A model generated the notes under the pieces. That model saw only the letters and a program-made list of their open reading frames with translations, was not told where the DNA came from and did not search any database. Positions 1 to 12,507 of a stretch of DNA of 64,000 nt are shown in pieces; within the stretch, counting starts at the first letter, position 1, and each line of letters begins with the position of its first letter. This stretch comes from Octopus vulgaris (taxonomy: Eukaryota). A program made the position numbers and the translations under genes. The DNA lies in contig OX597815.1 in the NCBI GenBank assembly GCA_951406725.2, forward strand, positions 134,416,001-134,480,000, written 5' to 3'.

Positions 1-199
1 AGCAGAACTGGGTTGAGTGTGCTAAACAAAACCAGAAAATGCACTTTGACTGTCATAGATTTTTTTCATGCATGCAAGGGAATGGTGCCTTGAATGCCTT
101 AATGCCTTTTAGGCTTCATTTTACAAAATAACGGTTCAATGAGTACAAAAAAGGGTAAAAAGGTAAAAGGCACTGCTTATCGACAAAGTTTCTTACATA

Positions 200-227
200 C
201 CCGGGCAACGCCGGGCTATGCTGCTAG
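200..227 (+). mobile_element. Helitron 3' terminus (element enters from left window edge)
   Basis: GC hairpin CCCGGGCAACGCCGGG followed 8 nt later by CTAG|T; near-identical terminus on the minus strand at 37739-37766. Confidence 0.7.
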
Positions 228-500
228 TCCTTAATGAAATTAAAATGTCAGTCAGACTGTACCACAAAACCCAAAATATAACCTAGGAATTCTTTCTGAT
301 AGACGTTTAACAGTTTGACTGACTGTTCCTATTTCATCTGAGATATTCTTTAATGTACAATTGTTGCCCGTCAAAACCATTTTAATTAAAATTTTATAGA
401 TTGACACAAAACCATTAATTTTTTGTTTGTTTGGAGTATGTGTGTGTATATATATACATATACAGAGACGTCAGTGGCGGCACCTGCTAGGTCTGACTAC

Positions 501-543
501 GCTACATTGACAAGGGGCAAATACCCTGAAACGCGTCTGTAGC
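501..543 (+). ncRNA. Degenerate minimal type I hammerhead ribozyme motif in a Penelope-like repeat fragment (~468-710)
   Basis: GCTACA-TTGACAA-GGGG/caaata/CCCT-GAAA-CGCG-TC-TGTAGC: 6-bp stem I, stem II, GAAA, palindromic stem III, GUC site; core differs from CUGANGA at two positions; flanked by (TA)n. Confidence 0.6.
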
Positions 544-708
544 TGTCGGACTGGCAGTGTGAAGCGGCTGACCTCCCTTGTTCGAAAGTTATAATGGATA
601 CAGATTGTGTATCAATAGCTATCTTAAGGCGATGGCCTCATGGAGCTAATCAGCGGCAGCGTTTATTCTTATATCTATAAGAATGCCATATTAATATGGC
701 GATAACAA

Positions 709-710
<2 letters not shown>

Positions 711-754
<44 letters not shown>

Positions 755-770
755 TACATATATATATTTA
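711..770. repeat. (TA)n microsatellite
   Basis: direct reading. Confidence 0.95.
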
Positions 771-916
771 TGTGTGTATTTGAAAGAAAAAGTGAACTTT
801 GACAGGTATTGAACTCAGAACTCTGAGGTAAGAGAAGAATTAATATAAAGCCTTTAGTCTAGCACTCTACCATTTCTTCCATTCCACTGCTCTGAATAAC
901 AATAAGCTGCTTTATT

Positions 917-1242
917 CCTAAAAGACTCCGCCGGTTATGACGACAAGGGTCCCAGCTGATACGATCAACGGAACAGCTTGCTCGTGAAATTAACGTGCAA
1001 ATGGCTGAGCATTCCACAGACACGTGTACCCTTAACGTAGTTCTCGGGGATAATCAGCGTGACACAGAGAGTGACAAGGCTGACCCTTTGAAATACAAGT
1101 ACAACTCATTTTTGCCAGCTGAGTGGACTGGAGCAACGTGAAATAAAGTGTCTTGCTCAAGAACACAACGCGTCGCCGGGAATCGAACTCACAACCTTAC
1201 GATCATGAGCCGAATGCCCTAACCACTAAGCCACGCGCCCTC
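917..1242 (-). mobile_element. tRNA-derived SINE, full length, with 13-bp TSD
   Basis: Minus strand begins GAGGGCGCGTGGCTTAGTGGTTAGG (A box)...GTTCGATTCC (B box); TSD AAGCTGCTTTATT at 904-916 and 1243-1255. Confidence 0.9.
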
Positions 1243-2719
1243 AAGCTGCTTTATTAGAAGCCTATTGATTCTAGCATATATTACATTTTGAAAATAGAAG
1301 TGCTGAAAATGTGTTATGGTGACTTCCTGGCATGTCTCAGTCTGCAATTGTTTCTATTTTCAGTTACCTATTCTGCTAATGTCATTGAGGAATGATATGA
1401 TCATCACAACTTCCTATTTGTCATTCTTTGAATAAAATTCTGTTTTGTTATTTTTCTAAAATAAATATATAAATGTTTGTCATTTGTCCTTTTAATTATT
1501 TTATATTACTTTTTCTCTATCTTGTGTTATTGGTTTTGCAAATTGTCAGAACAAGTAACTTCAAAGAATCATGCTCGTCCTATGATCAATGAAGTGGGAA
1601 TAAAATCTTTCAGCCGAGCAGTCTGAGGTTAGTACGGTTACGTAGATTTGACTAGAAACAAAATACGATGCTTCTAATTAGATTAGCATTTTTTAATTAA
1701 AAAGAAAATATGATATAGAACAATTAAGTCCAATTATCATCATTATCACAAATCCTTTAAACAGGAAGTGATCTTAGAGTTTACTCCTGAATACACTTTT
1801 TGTCTGAAGTATCTATTGAATAATTTCATTCTACATTTGTCAATCTTTTGACAGATATTCAGCATCAATAACGATTATATTAAGTTTCTGCAGATTTATT
1901 TCAGCACCCTGTTGTATTCTTTCCATTTTTATTATGTGAGATACGTGACTAGATTACATAACAACCAAGAATGTCTAATTCAATTCACTTAGAAAACTCT
2001 TATATAACAACTGGAGTTTTTATAAATTGAGTAGTGACATCAGCAAAAATCTAGTCAAGGATATTATATGTAAACAAGTGCTGGTTGTTTGAAGGATGAT
2101 ATCACCATAGATCTGTTCAGTTAGATTTGCTGTGAAGCATATAAAGGAAACTAGTTCTGAAAAGACAGAGCTTCACAGGCAGCAGCGTGAATGTCAGGGG
2201 TTTAGTGTTGTAAGCTATAGAATGTGATAGCTGGTAAATTCTTACATTTGGCAAAGTTTCCACAGTTATGAATGTCAAAATACTGTGTTGTAAAAAGAAC
2301 CATCTGCATTGACGCTAGCACAGGCATATTCTTGTTTTTTTTTTCTTAAGACCCTCTTCTGCTATGAAGAGAACTAACTGATATTACTTTTTCTTTTCTT
2401 GGAACTGTTGCATTCCATACAAACTTTTAACAATAAAATAGATTATGAATTGAAAACATACAAGTTCTCTTCTCATTCCTCCATCTTATTGTGAGATCCA
2501 CTTAGTCATTTTTGTATCTAGAAGATTCTATTCCAGCTTATTTTTGGCAAAGCTGCAATATATTATTTTGGAAAAGCAATATATTATTCAAGCATTTTAT
2601 GATATTACCTTTTTAAAAGAAGAAAATGAAGAAATTGTCTCATAAATTTCATTCACCTTGTGAGGGACAGTACAAAATATACAAATATATATATATTTTA
2701 GGGTACAAAAATTGAGTTA

Positions 2720-3450
2720 AGGATGTTGATTTATAGGGTCCAAAACTCCAAAGAGTACAGAAGAACAGACAACTCTCAAGCACAGCCTGTGCTACTAAAA
2801 TTCATTTCTTTGAGTTCTGTGGATTTCATCAATCCAGAAACTTTACATGCATCTTCTTTTGGGTGGCATAGCAAAAGTTTTTCAAATAAATTGCAGAAAG
2901 AAAGAAAGAAAAAACAGCTGCTGTTATCAGAAATCACATTACCTTCTTCATCAGGTGAAGAAAGCAAGATGTAGGTATATACTTCTTCACAAGATCTAGA
3001 TGCTGGTTCATGACTATAAAGGTTAGAAGTATGAGAACATGAAACTTCAGTTTTCTTGTTACAATCATTGATTAACTGAAAGATATTCAAAATTTTGTGT
3101 AATTTTCTGACACTTTCAAGGGATGATCTATTAGAAGTGAATCCCCAGCAAAGAACAGTCCACGAATTTCACATATCACAATACTCGTTGATCTTAGATT
3201 AGATAGGCTCCATAGCCTACCACTCCATCTGGGAAGTTGCTATATTTTCAAACACAGTATCCAGAAATATACAGCCCTACTTTATTCTGTGGGCAACTGG
3301 GATGGACAAATGAACTGTTCCTAAGAGAGATGAGGGCAGTCACACCACTGCATAACTGCTTGACTATCTCCACCTATTTGTCCAGACATATATTTTGAGC
3401 AGAGTCCTCTCTTATACCGGCATTGAAAGCCTTTGAAAAAGTCAATAAAT
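2720..3450 (-). mobile_element. Old RTE-clade LINE reverse transcriptase relic
   Basis: Minus-strand translation gives IDF.KAF, ICEIRGLFFAGD (LFADD-like), KKTEV and VLLYSLEFWT motifs with stops and frameshifts. Confidence 0.6.
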
Positions 3451-3569
3451 ACAAGGAAAAGTGAGACATGATGTTCCATATCAGTCTCATTCAAAACTCA
3501 GAACATAGAACCATATCACTAAGCCTTTCATCCAGTACAATAACGATTCTGCCAGACCAATAATAATAT

Positions 3570-4602
3570 ATCCGCAGTGTCAGTTTTTACAGCACCAGCT
3601 GGCAATAGGCTAAACTACTTGTTAAATTCAGTGGCCTTGGCTCCTGTTCTGCACTGAACTTGGCTCTGTTGGTCCATGGCTAAACCTATCCTCCAGAATA
3701 CAAATGTCCAATGTAACTGGGATGACATCAACTGCAACTCTGCCTTGAGGCAGATTGAGACATACTAAGACCACCCTGCCTCACCTGCTTCCATTCCATT
3801 TCACAGCCAGACAGCAGTACATGGCTCCATTTGGTACCCTCCTCATCAACTAGTACCTTTCTTGATGGTGAGTGCATTTGTATCAGAGTGGCTCAGTATT
3901 TAATTGTCCATGGGTGGGAGCCACAGAAATGCTGTTGTGGAGCAGTAGACAATGAATTTTGCCTACAGTCAAAGCATGGGTCAGTTCCCCCAACACTCTG
4001 AATGACACAATTAAGAAGGGGCTTCAACATGGATGGTTTCCCATCACAACTGGAGCCAGTAGATCTTGACCATAGGGATGGTAAGTACCCCGATGGAATA
4101 ACCCTCTTCCTAAACCAGGATGCGATGTGCTACTACACTCTCTCCGACTCCAACCTTGCTGCGTCAACAGCAGACCTGGGTATCACCACACTTAATGCAG
4201 AGGAAAGGAAAATGAACGAATACAGTAGCCTGACTGGCTGCTACTTGTTTGTGCAGGTTGCTGTCAAAACTGCAGGTGTTCTTGGACCCTGCACCGTTGA
4301 TCCCCTCTGCAAAATTGGGTAACGGCTCATCTGTGAAATGCACCCTGTGAGGTGGGGTGGCTGTTGCTGCTCATTCTCCATAGCAACGCCTTTGTAATAA
4401 TGCACATGTTACTCCCTCCCCCCATGTTCAGCTTCTTAATTTCCCTCTCCCAGCTACAGCTTAATTCGTCCTTTTGTTGTTATTTTCCTTTGTGAAGTAA
4501 TGGGCTGTTTTCTCTATAGTTTGATAATTTATGCTTTTATTGGTTTTTTTCACTCCTTTTCTTCCGATGAAAATATATTGTTAATAAAATACAATATGTA
4601 AG
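3570..4602 (+). mobile_element. CRE-clade non-LTR retrotransposon 3' relic (zinc knuckle plus restriction-like endonuclease)
   Basis: QPDSSTWLHLVPSS..FLD..C-C-G, then LEPVDLDHRDGKYPDGIT...AEERK..EY..L..YLFVQVAVKTAGVLGP (ORF 4002-4322); AATAAA at ~4583. Confidence 0.7.
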
Positions 4603-4689
4603 TTTATATTACTTTTTCTCTATCTTGTGTTATTGGACTTAAGATTGAGTTTCAAATAAACGGAGGAGGAGTAAGAGAAAGGAAGTGAG

Positions 4690-5420
4690 AGGATGAAACA
4701 ACAAATTAACAAACATCGGTCATATGCAGGCTAGTAGCAGCGCGTTACTGAATCCGAAATCTAGGTCTGTGCAATAATTATGTCGTCGCAAGAATCATGT
4801 GTTGCTGGTAAGTCTATATTATTATCTGTTATCTACAAGAAAAAGTTTGATGTAAGTTGCTTTAATTTTGTGTGAGTTGGGCAATGTATTTTTCGATATC
4901 AAACACTTCGCTTCTCGGATAGTTGCATATTTATTCGATCCACGCCACCTCCATATTTATTCTCTGTCCTGTTGCCTTGTTTTCAATTAAGTTGTTCTTT
5001 GTGTTAAAGTTCGATCGGATCTGTGAATCGAACTTGTAGGAGAAATTCGCTGTCGGCGCAAGTACAGTTTCGTTTTTCGTTTGACACCCAACAATTTCCA
5101 GGTGACCTGTACGTTAGGGATGTTCACGATTGGAGCGCTTTTTAACACAGACTGGATAGGTATGGTTGAAATGTTAAAAAACAACAACAAAAAGACAGAA
5201 TTGTCACGGTTGGAATACTTTTCAACAGACGCATATCTGCATGCGCAAGAATGAGCCTTTATTTTCTATTTCGGTGGCAAATATGCGGGACATCTTATAA
5301 CTTTATTCCTCAAATTCTACGAAGTAGTAAAAACGACCGCGTAATTTCGAAGAAATGTAGGGAGGAATGTATAAAAATATGGCTTACTTGAAATACCAAA
5401 ACGGAGACGAAATATTGTTT
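4690..5420. promoter_or_regulatory. CpG-retaining region around putative SDR first exon (candidate promoter)
   Basis: Many CpGs relative to flanks; NRF1-like TGCATGCGCA at ~5238-5247; part of 5270-5480 could instead be TE-derived. Confidence 0.4.
4780..4807 (+). CDS. Predicted coding exon 1 of the SDR gene (MSSQESCVA+G)
   Basis: ATG at 4780; consensus donor G|GTAAGT at 4808 in phase 1, matching the phase-1 acceptor at 18593 (G+AT=Asp); locally CpG-rich. Confidence 0.65.
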
Positions 5421-5761
5421 ACTATACGGAGCAAAAAAAAAGAAAAAAACAACTTTCATTTTATATATTACGAGGATGTATGAGAGAGAGAGAGAGGGGT
5501 AAGTATTTAATTTAAAATATCAAAATCCATTTTAGTACGTAATAATGTGTAAGATCCAGGAATATTTTTATTCTTAATGTGCGTTACGAGATGAAAATAC
5601 TTTCAAAGCAAGTCAACAGAACTTATGAACTTTCTGTTAGCAGCCACTGCAGTACCACCTCTGTGGTTGCAGCATTCCTATATAATCGAAAAATCGCCTT
5701 AATTTCGAATTAAGATGTTATCACCCTTTATGTCTTTTTAGCACTTATATAGGTCCTCTTT

Positions 5762-6143
5762 TCCTCTCTTACTTGTTTCAGTCATTTGACTGTGGCCAAG
5801 CTGGAGCAACGTCTTTAGTTGAGCAAATCGACCCTAGGACTTATTCTTTGTAAGCCTAGTACTTATTCTATCGGTTACTTTGCCGAACAGCTAAGTCACG
5901 GGGACGTAAACACACCAGCATCGGTTGTCAAGCGACGTTGGGGGGACAAACAGACACACAAACATACACACACACACACACATAAATATATATACATACA
6001 TATATACGACGGGCTTCTTTCAGTTTCCGTCTTCGAAATCCACTCACAAAGCTTTGGTCGGCCCGAGAAGACACTTGCCCAAGGTGCCACACAGTGGAAC
6101 TGAACCCGGAACCATGTGGTTCGTAAGCAAGCTACTTACCACA
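5762..6143 (-). mobile_element. Abundant tRNA-derived SINE family A (internal TG/TA tract, ...GACTGAAACAAGTAAAAGAG tail)
   Basis: Matches copies at 30527 and 46684 in reverse orientation. Confidence 0.9.
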
Positions 6144-6587
6144 CAATCAAATGTTTTTTTTTTGTCCTAAACAAAAAGAGTAACATTAAAAGTTTTTTTT
6201 TAAATTTTTAATTAACTGTCTATTTATTCAGATAATTTAACAATTACATTTATAACACATGTATATGATACAAACCACATTAAAATACAAACCCTAAACT
6301 GAAGAAAACACAAACATGAGCGAAGAAAGAAAAAGAGAAAAAGAGGAAGCAAAAATTATCAGTTCAATACTAAGTGCTTCCATTGGTCGCACACAACAAG
6401 GTACAACAGAACCTACAGAAGCAAACCAACACGTTCGCTGTGTTACCACAGGTAATGGTGGGGCTAAGGTGTTGAAACAGCCAAGAGAGTGTTAGGTGAT
6501 GCCACTCTCACTGGCATCACCTAACACCTTGGTAAGGTGAGTCGCCAATGACAAGAACTTTGTTATTAGTTGCGCTATCCCTCCAGA

Positions 6588-7689
6588 GCTATGTCGGTGG
6601 TGCATCCAGAATTTGTCTCCCTGAGCAGTTGCACATATTGCACCTCGACTCCTTGCCACTGCAGCAAGTTCAGCACTGCGTTGGTTTCGACGCTGTCAAA
6701 GGCCTTCTCATAGTCTACAAATGCAACACAAAGAGGCAGCTTGTACTCATTCGCCCACTCAAGCAGTTGCACCACCGACATAGCTCTGCTGTCATCACCT
6801 GTACAAGTGCAAGTCGAGAAGGGAGTAAAGCAAGGAGATGCGATCTCTCCAAAACTTACACCGCATGTCTCGAGCAGATCATCAGAGGCATCGACTGGCA
6901 AGGCAGTGTCAACATCAATGGCGAGTTACTCACTCACCTCTGTTTCACTGATGACATCGTAATCATCACTGAAACCATGGACCAGCTTCAGACCATGCTG
7001 ACGGAGCTCAACATCAAAAGCTCTGCAATAGGTCTCAAGATGAACCGCATGAAAATGAAGTTCATGCAGTCTGACAACATACCAACAGGTCAAATTGTGG
7101 TCGGCACTGATGAAATAGAGGAGGTAAAAGAATATGTCTACCTGGGACAGGAAGTGAATATGTGCCGAGATATCGAAAAGGAGATTTCGCAGAGAGTAAG
7201 GGCCGGATGGAAGGCGTTTAATGGAATAAGGGATGTGCTCAAAGGAAGGTTGGACAGGACCACCCGCACCAACTTCATCAATAGCACAGTTTTACCTGCA
7301 ATGTTATATGGTAGTGAAACATGGCCTACAACAAAGAGAAGAGCAGAGATTGGTAACGGCTCAAAGAGCCATGGAGAGGTTAATGCTTGGAATCTCGTTG
7401 AGAGAGCACATCAGTAGTGAGGTCATCAGAGAGAAGTCCGGCATGAGGGATGTCATCGTAGGATATACATGCAGTAAGTTTAGATGGGCTGGACACGTTG
7501 CCTGGCTCACCAATAATCGGTGGACCCGTGCACTTGTCAAGTGGTACCCATGCGAGCGGAAATGACCACTCGGAAGCCCTCCACAATTTCAGGAGGGCGA
7601 TTGGGATCACGTGGATGAGGAAGGCGCGATCCAGAGAGGAGTGACCAACGGTGTCAAATGGATGCCCGACGGACTGGTTGGTCAAGGTG
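6588..7689 (+). mobile_element. 5'-truncated RTE LINE with 5' inversion and 11-bp TSD
   Basis: RT motifs VDYEKAFDSVE on minus (6584-~6765); GVKQGDAISPK, LCFTDD, EYVYLGQ, MLYGSETW, KFRWAGHVA on plus; TSD ATCCCTCCAGA at 6577-6587 and 7690-7700. Confidence 0.9.
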
Positions 7690-8539
7690 ATCCCTCCAGA
7701 CATTTCAAACGCCATAGACTGGAAGAAATGATTCACTGACAAGTCCTGATACTTAAGAATTTTGTTGTGTTCAACAATAGAAGCAGTAACCCTCTCATTT
7801 ACAGCAGCACCAAAGATGTGGAAGGGACAAAGGAGTTACAGATTGTGATGTCTCAGATAAGGCACCTACCTCTCACTCAGGTACAAAAGATAAGATCCTC
7901 TGGTCTCTTCCCATCACTTGTAGATAATCCTGCTGGTTCCAGAACTAAGGAGATATTAACTTGAGCTAGGGTCTGCTTAATGATTAAGTGTTATGTATTA
8001 CTTCTTACATAGGTATAATACCTATGTAATCACTTGACCTGTTAGTAATAGCAGCCAAATAGTCAAGTTATACCTTGACTTCTTGAAAAGGATACACTGA
8101 ATATAGAAACACTGTCCTGAAAACAAGACCCGATAGTCATTTCTGAATCGCTCCAGATGAAAATTGAGAAAGCATGATATGAGGGAATGCTGTAAAGTTC
8201 CTGGTTTTAAGGGTATCATGAAAGACCTGTCTGGAGACCCAACCTTCTGAGTTCTTTTACAGGGCTTAAAAAAACTAAAGGGCTGCTGCAATCATTGTGT
8301 GTGAATCTGAGAGGGAAATATGTTGAATAAAATCATAATTAACTGATCCTCCTGTATTTTCTTTTACCCAAAGCCAGGAACTTTTCAGTACCCCCTCGTA
8401 TATACATTTTTGAGGATATTAACAAATGTTAAGTAAATATCAATAGCTAATAATAGAGTATGACTGTGTTTCTTACCATTTTAATCATTAATGTAATTGA
8501 GAAAGGTAATATGAATTTCAGTTCCTCCACTCCTTATAC

Positions 8540-8955
8540 CCATCATCATCATCATTTAATGTCAGCTTTCCATGCTAGCATGGGTTGGACGATTTGACTG
8601 AGGACTGGCGAACCAGATGGTTGCACCAGGCTCCAATCTTGATCTGGCAGAGTTTGTACAGCTGGATGCCCTTCATAACACCAACCACTCACTCCGAGAG
8701 TGTAGTGGGTGATTTTACATGCCAGTGGCACGAGGGCCAGTCAGGTGGTACTGGCAACGGCTACGCTCAAATGGTGTTTTTTACATGCCACGTGCACAGG
8801 AGCCAGTCCAGCAGCACTGGCAACGACCTCACTCAAATGTTTTTTCACGTGCCGGTAAGGCGATACTGGTAACAATCATACTCGAATGCTGCTTTTTACG
8901 TGCCACTGGCATGAAGCCAGTTAGCCACTCTGGCAACGATCATGCTCAGATAGCA
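8540..8955 (-). mobile_element. RTE 3'UTR fragment with ~55-60 bp tandem subrepeats and (GAT)n tail
   Basis: (CAT)n-TTTAA..TTTCCATGCTAGCATGGGTTGGACG matches the 3' end of the RTE at 12508-14690. Confidence 0.8.
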
Positions 8956-9544
8956 CTCATACAGGAAAAAAAAACAATGTACAGACTCCTCATGAAAATT
9001 AATATCAGTGACCTCCTCCAAGTTCAACTTAAGTAGTGTTGTACTGAACAACATGCCCAAAATATTCTAAATTCATTGTTACAATAATAAACACATACAC
9101 TGGTTCAATTTGTCTATCAATCATTTGTGTTTGCCAAAGTCCTTTCATTGTGATTCGCAGTCTCTTCAGTGATATGCTCTCTTTCTCTCTGCTCCAGGTC
9201 AGCCTCAGATCTATCTTGCAAACGATGAAGAAAGGACTTTGGTAAACAGAACTGATTGGTTGATTAATCAAACAATCAATTAATTAGTTGGTTAACTAAT
9301 TAACCAATTGACAAATAAAGGGAAATTTAACCAGTGCATGTGTTTATTATTAGTGTAATGACCCATCCAAGATAAAACAAATTCTGATTCAACACACAAG
9401 TTCAGATCAAGAACTTTGCAAACTAAATACAAAAATGCAAATTGTTTCTTAGTTGTAAAAAAAAGAAGAAAATGGCATTCTTTCACTTTGTGACAACAGG
9501 AAAGTGGAAATGTCACGTAATGTCCAAATAGACAATGAGAAGTA

Positions 9545-9836
9545 ACTCTTTTACTTGTTTCAGTCATGTGACTGTGGCCATGCTGGAGCACGACCTTTAG
9601 TTGAGCAAATCGACCCCAGGAATTATTCTTTGTAAGCCTATTACTTATTCTATCGGTCTCTTTTGCCGAACTGCTAAGTTACGGGGACGTAAACACACCA
9701 CCATTGGTTGTCAAGCAATGTTCAGGGGACAAACACAGACATACAAACATATACACACATGTGCCACGCTATGGGATTGAACCTGGAACCATGTGGTTCA
9801 TAAGCAAGCTACTTACCACGCAGCCACTCCTACGCC
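9545..9836 (-). mobile_element. SINE family A, internally deleted
   Basis: Head and tail match family A; middle ~100 bp is missing. Confidence 0.85.
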
Positions 9837-9861
9837 ATAAGAATATAAATATAAATGTAAA

Positions 9862-10430
9862 TTGCCCATTTCCTCCTTTTTTTTTTTTTTTCTTCCAAAA
9901 AACCACCGTTTTCGGATACAGAGATTCCGGAAAATTGCCAAAAATCGGCATTTTGAAATTTCAGCCCCTGCAATTTCTTCATATTTGATATTTTTCCCTA
10001 ACCACAAAAATTTTTGAAAATTTTCAGATGCAAATTCTCTGTATTTTTCCACATATTTTGAAAAACAAAATTTTTTGAAAAAAGTAGTTGTACACTGTGA
10101 GGGGAGGGGGAGGTGTAATTTTCTTTTTTTTAATTGAAATTTTACAAAAATTTGGAAATGTTTTTTCAGAAATCTCCATATTTTTCCGCATATTTTGAAA
10201 AAAAAGAAATTCTGTAAAGAGTTAAAAATGTAGAGATTAGGCGGGGGGGAGGTAATTTCAAAATGCCGATTTTTGCCAATTTTTTTTGCTGATTCGTATT
10301 CTCTGTAGCCGAAAATAGGGGTTTTGGGTAGAAAAAAAAGGGTGGGTGGGGAGTACAAAAGGAAGTCTTGCCACCAAAATTTATATCCCACTTTTCTATA
10401 ATTGGTAATAAGACTGTATATCAAGTTTTT
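9862..10430. mobile_element. Foldback/MITE-like non-autonomous element
   Basis: Imperfect inverted repeats ~9895-9970 vs ~10245-10340 (AAAAATCGGCATTTTGAAATT / AATTTCAAAATGCCGATTTTT) and an internal direct repeat TATTTTTCC.CATATTTTGAAAAA. Confidence 0.6.
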
Positions 10431-10501
10431 TTTTTTTGCCTACTCATGTGTATAATTATTTAATGATAGTTTTTAATTTTCTTAGTTAAAATAGAAATTA
10501 A

Positions 10502-10670
10502 CCCTTTTGATACCAACCTGTCTGAGATTACCATTGGTTCTTTGATACAAACTTACTATTTTACATAATCTAAATAAAAACCTATCAAAAATTCATGTTA
10601 CTATATTTTCCATACACCAGCTCAGTAAAGACAGTTATTTTATCCATTTCTTCATTATTTTCAAAATTAA
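10502..10670 (+). mobile_element. Decayed piggyBac-type MITE (same family as 58271 and 60003)
   Basis: TTAA|CCCTTTTGATACCAACC start; body similar to the other copies; right TIR lost. Confidence 0.55.
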
Positions 10671-12159
10671 GTATGGTACCATGTCATCAGGCTGTCATCA
10701 GGTCACCAAATGCAACTTGGGTGGCTTACTCTTAGCTGAGGACATCTATCTGTAAGTGCCTCATTAGGAAGAGGACATCAGTGGTATCTTATTTTCGCAA
10801 AACTTCAACTGCATTTCATCTAAGTTAATTCTCTTTCTAATCCATTATGCTATTACTTTTATAACCTGATTTGTAAATTTAGTGCTTTTTTAGTTGTTTC
10901 TTTCTGGAACATCTTTTTATCCTTGTAGCAGTTGACCGTGATACTACTCCCACTAATCATTGTGTATGACATATCTCTGTACAACCTCATTGACTAAGGA
11001 AGTAATGTATTTAACCATTTTTGCTAAATATTTCTCAGCATGTCATAGACTATTTCTGATGGATAGCCCAGTTGCTTTTCTTGCCTTAGTGTTTTTGACT
11101 GTATAGCTGTGAACTTTATGCTATTGAAGGATCTACCCCAGTTATTGAAGTAACTGGATTAGACCTGCTCTCTTCCACATATTCTCTACCCCACCTTGTA
11201 CAGTTACTTTTCCATGCCTCTTTTTCATCCATGTTTTTATATTCATTTTTTTTTTACATGCTATGGAGTGAATTTTTACTCATTGAAATTCTGTATTCTT
11301 GTTATCGTTATTATTTTAACATCCGGTTCTCATTACTGTGAGGTATACTAATTAACCCAGGACACATTGCTGCAGTTGGTTTATTTTTTAATTATAACTA
11401 AGCACACTAGACCAACATGCTTGGCCAGTACTGTTAAGTACTGGTGATGGGAGAAACATGCTTATTAGAGTTACTGTTTTAATGTTCTGTAATTTTACTC
11501 TGATGTTTGTGTCTATGCATTTATAAGATATCTGACCTCATTTTGTGTTACCAATATAACTATTGAGATATGGTGAAGTGATAACATTATGTATATGTTG
11601 TGTGTATGTGTGTGTAGCTAATTGGAATGATGCTTGCTGTGCAAGGGCAAAAGTTTGCTTATAATAATTTTTGTTTCTCATAAAGAATATGTATAATGAG
11701 AATGTTATTGTTAAATGATATAAGCAAAACAAAAATATACAAGCTAATGATGATGCAGACTCATGCACATGCAACATTAGTGCATAAAATGAGACCAGCA
11801 AATATAAATATGCAAATAAACAATTATAAAAATGCCATAATGACAATTAAATTGTTTCCTTTATTTTCCCACAAAATTTCAGGCAATTGACTGTTTCAGC
11901 TGACTGGATCTCTTCCACCATGCACATACACACACACAAACATGTATGCACACATATTTGTGCTTTGCTGGTTACAAAGCTCAATATAATTATAATGCAC
12001 AATATTAGAAAGCTTAGACAGTGAGATAACCATATGTTTAAGAGACACACATTTAGGCTTTGTGGTTAAGCTACAGGATTCTCAGCAACCAGAACAATAA
12101 ATTGGATGATCTTGGTTGTCGAAAGATATGTGCTAGTCCACAAGGTCTATAGGCTAATC

Positions 12160-12420
12160 ACCACCACCATCATCATCATCATCGTCATCATCATTTAACG
12201 TCTGTTTTCCATGCTGGCATAAGTTGAACAGTTTGACCAGAGTTGGCAAGCTCGAGAGCTGCACCAGGTTCCAGTCTAATTCAGCTTGGTTTTCTATGGT
12301 TGTTTACCCTTCCTAACACCAACCACTTTACAGAGTGTGTTCAGTGCTTCTTATGTGACACCAGCATGGGTACTTTTACATGGTGCCTGTACAGGAGCAT
12401 TTTTTTACATGGTGCCAGGA
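12160..12420 (-). mobile_element. RTE 3'UTR fragment
   Basis: Same (CAT)n-linked 3' end as 8540 and 12508. Confidence 0.75.
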
Positions 12421-12507
12421 CAGGGCTCTTGTAGGCCAATCTTCTTCAGCAGAGGCAGTTACATTAACAATTTTGCTGTAGAGAATGATTCTTCTTGAGT
12501 ATGAAAT

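Noticed and set aside
1165-1242. tRNA gene
   Set aside because: The tRNA-like head continues into a SINE body bounded by TSDs
2776-3090. Host gene exon divergent from the SDR promoter
   Set aside because: Flanking translation shows decayed RTE reverse transcriptase motifs
8700-8950. Regularly spaced ~55-60 bp repeats (also 12680-12810, 62390-62555)
   Set aside because: Subrepeats of the RTE 3'UTR, not an independent array
9813-10424. 203-aa minus-strand ORF
   Set aside because: F/K-rich translation of a foldback repeat; no domain
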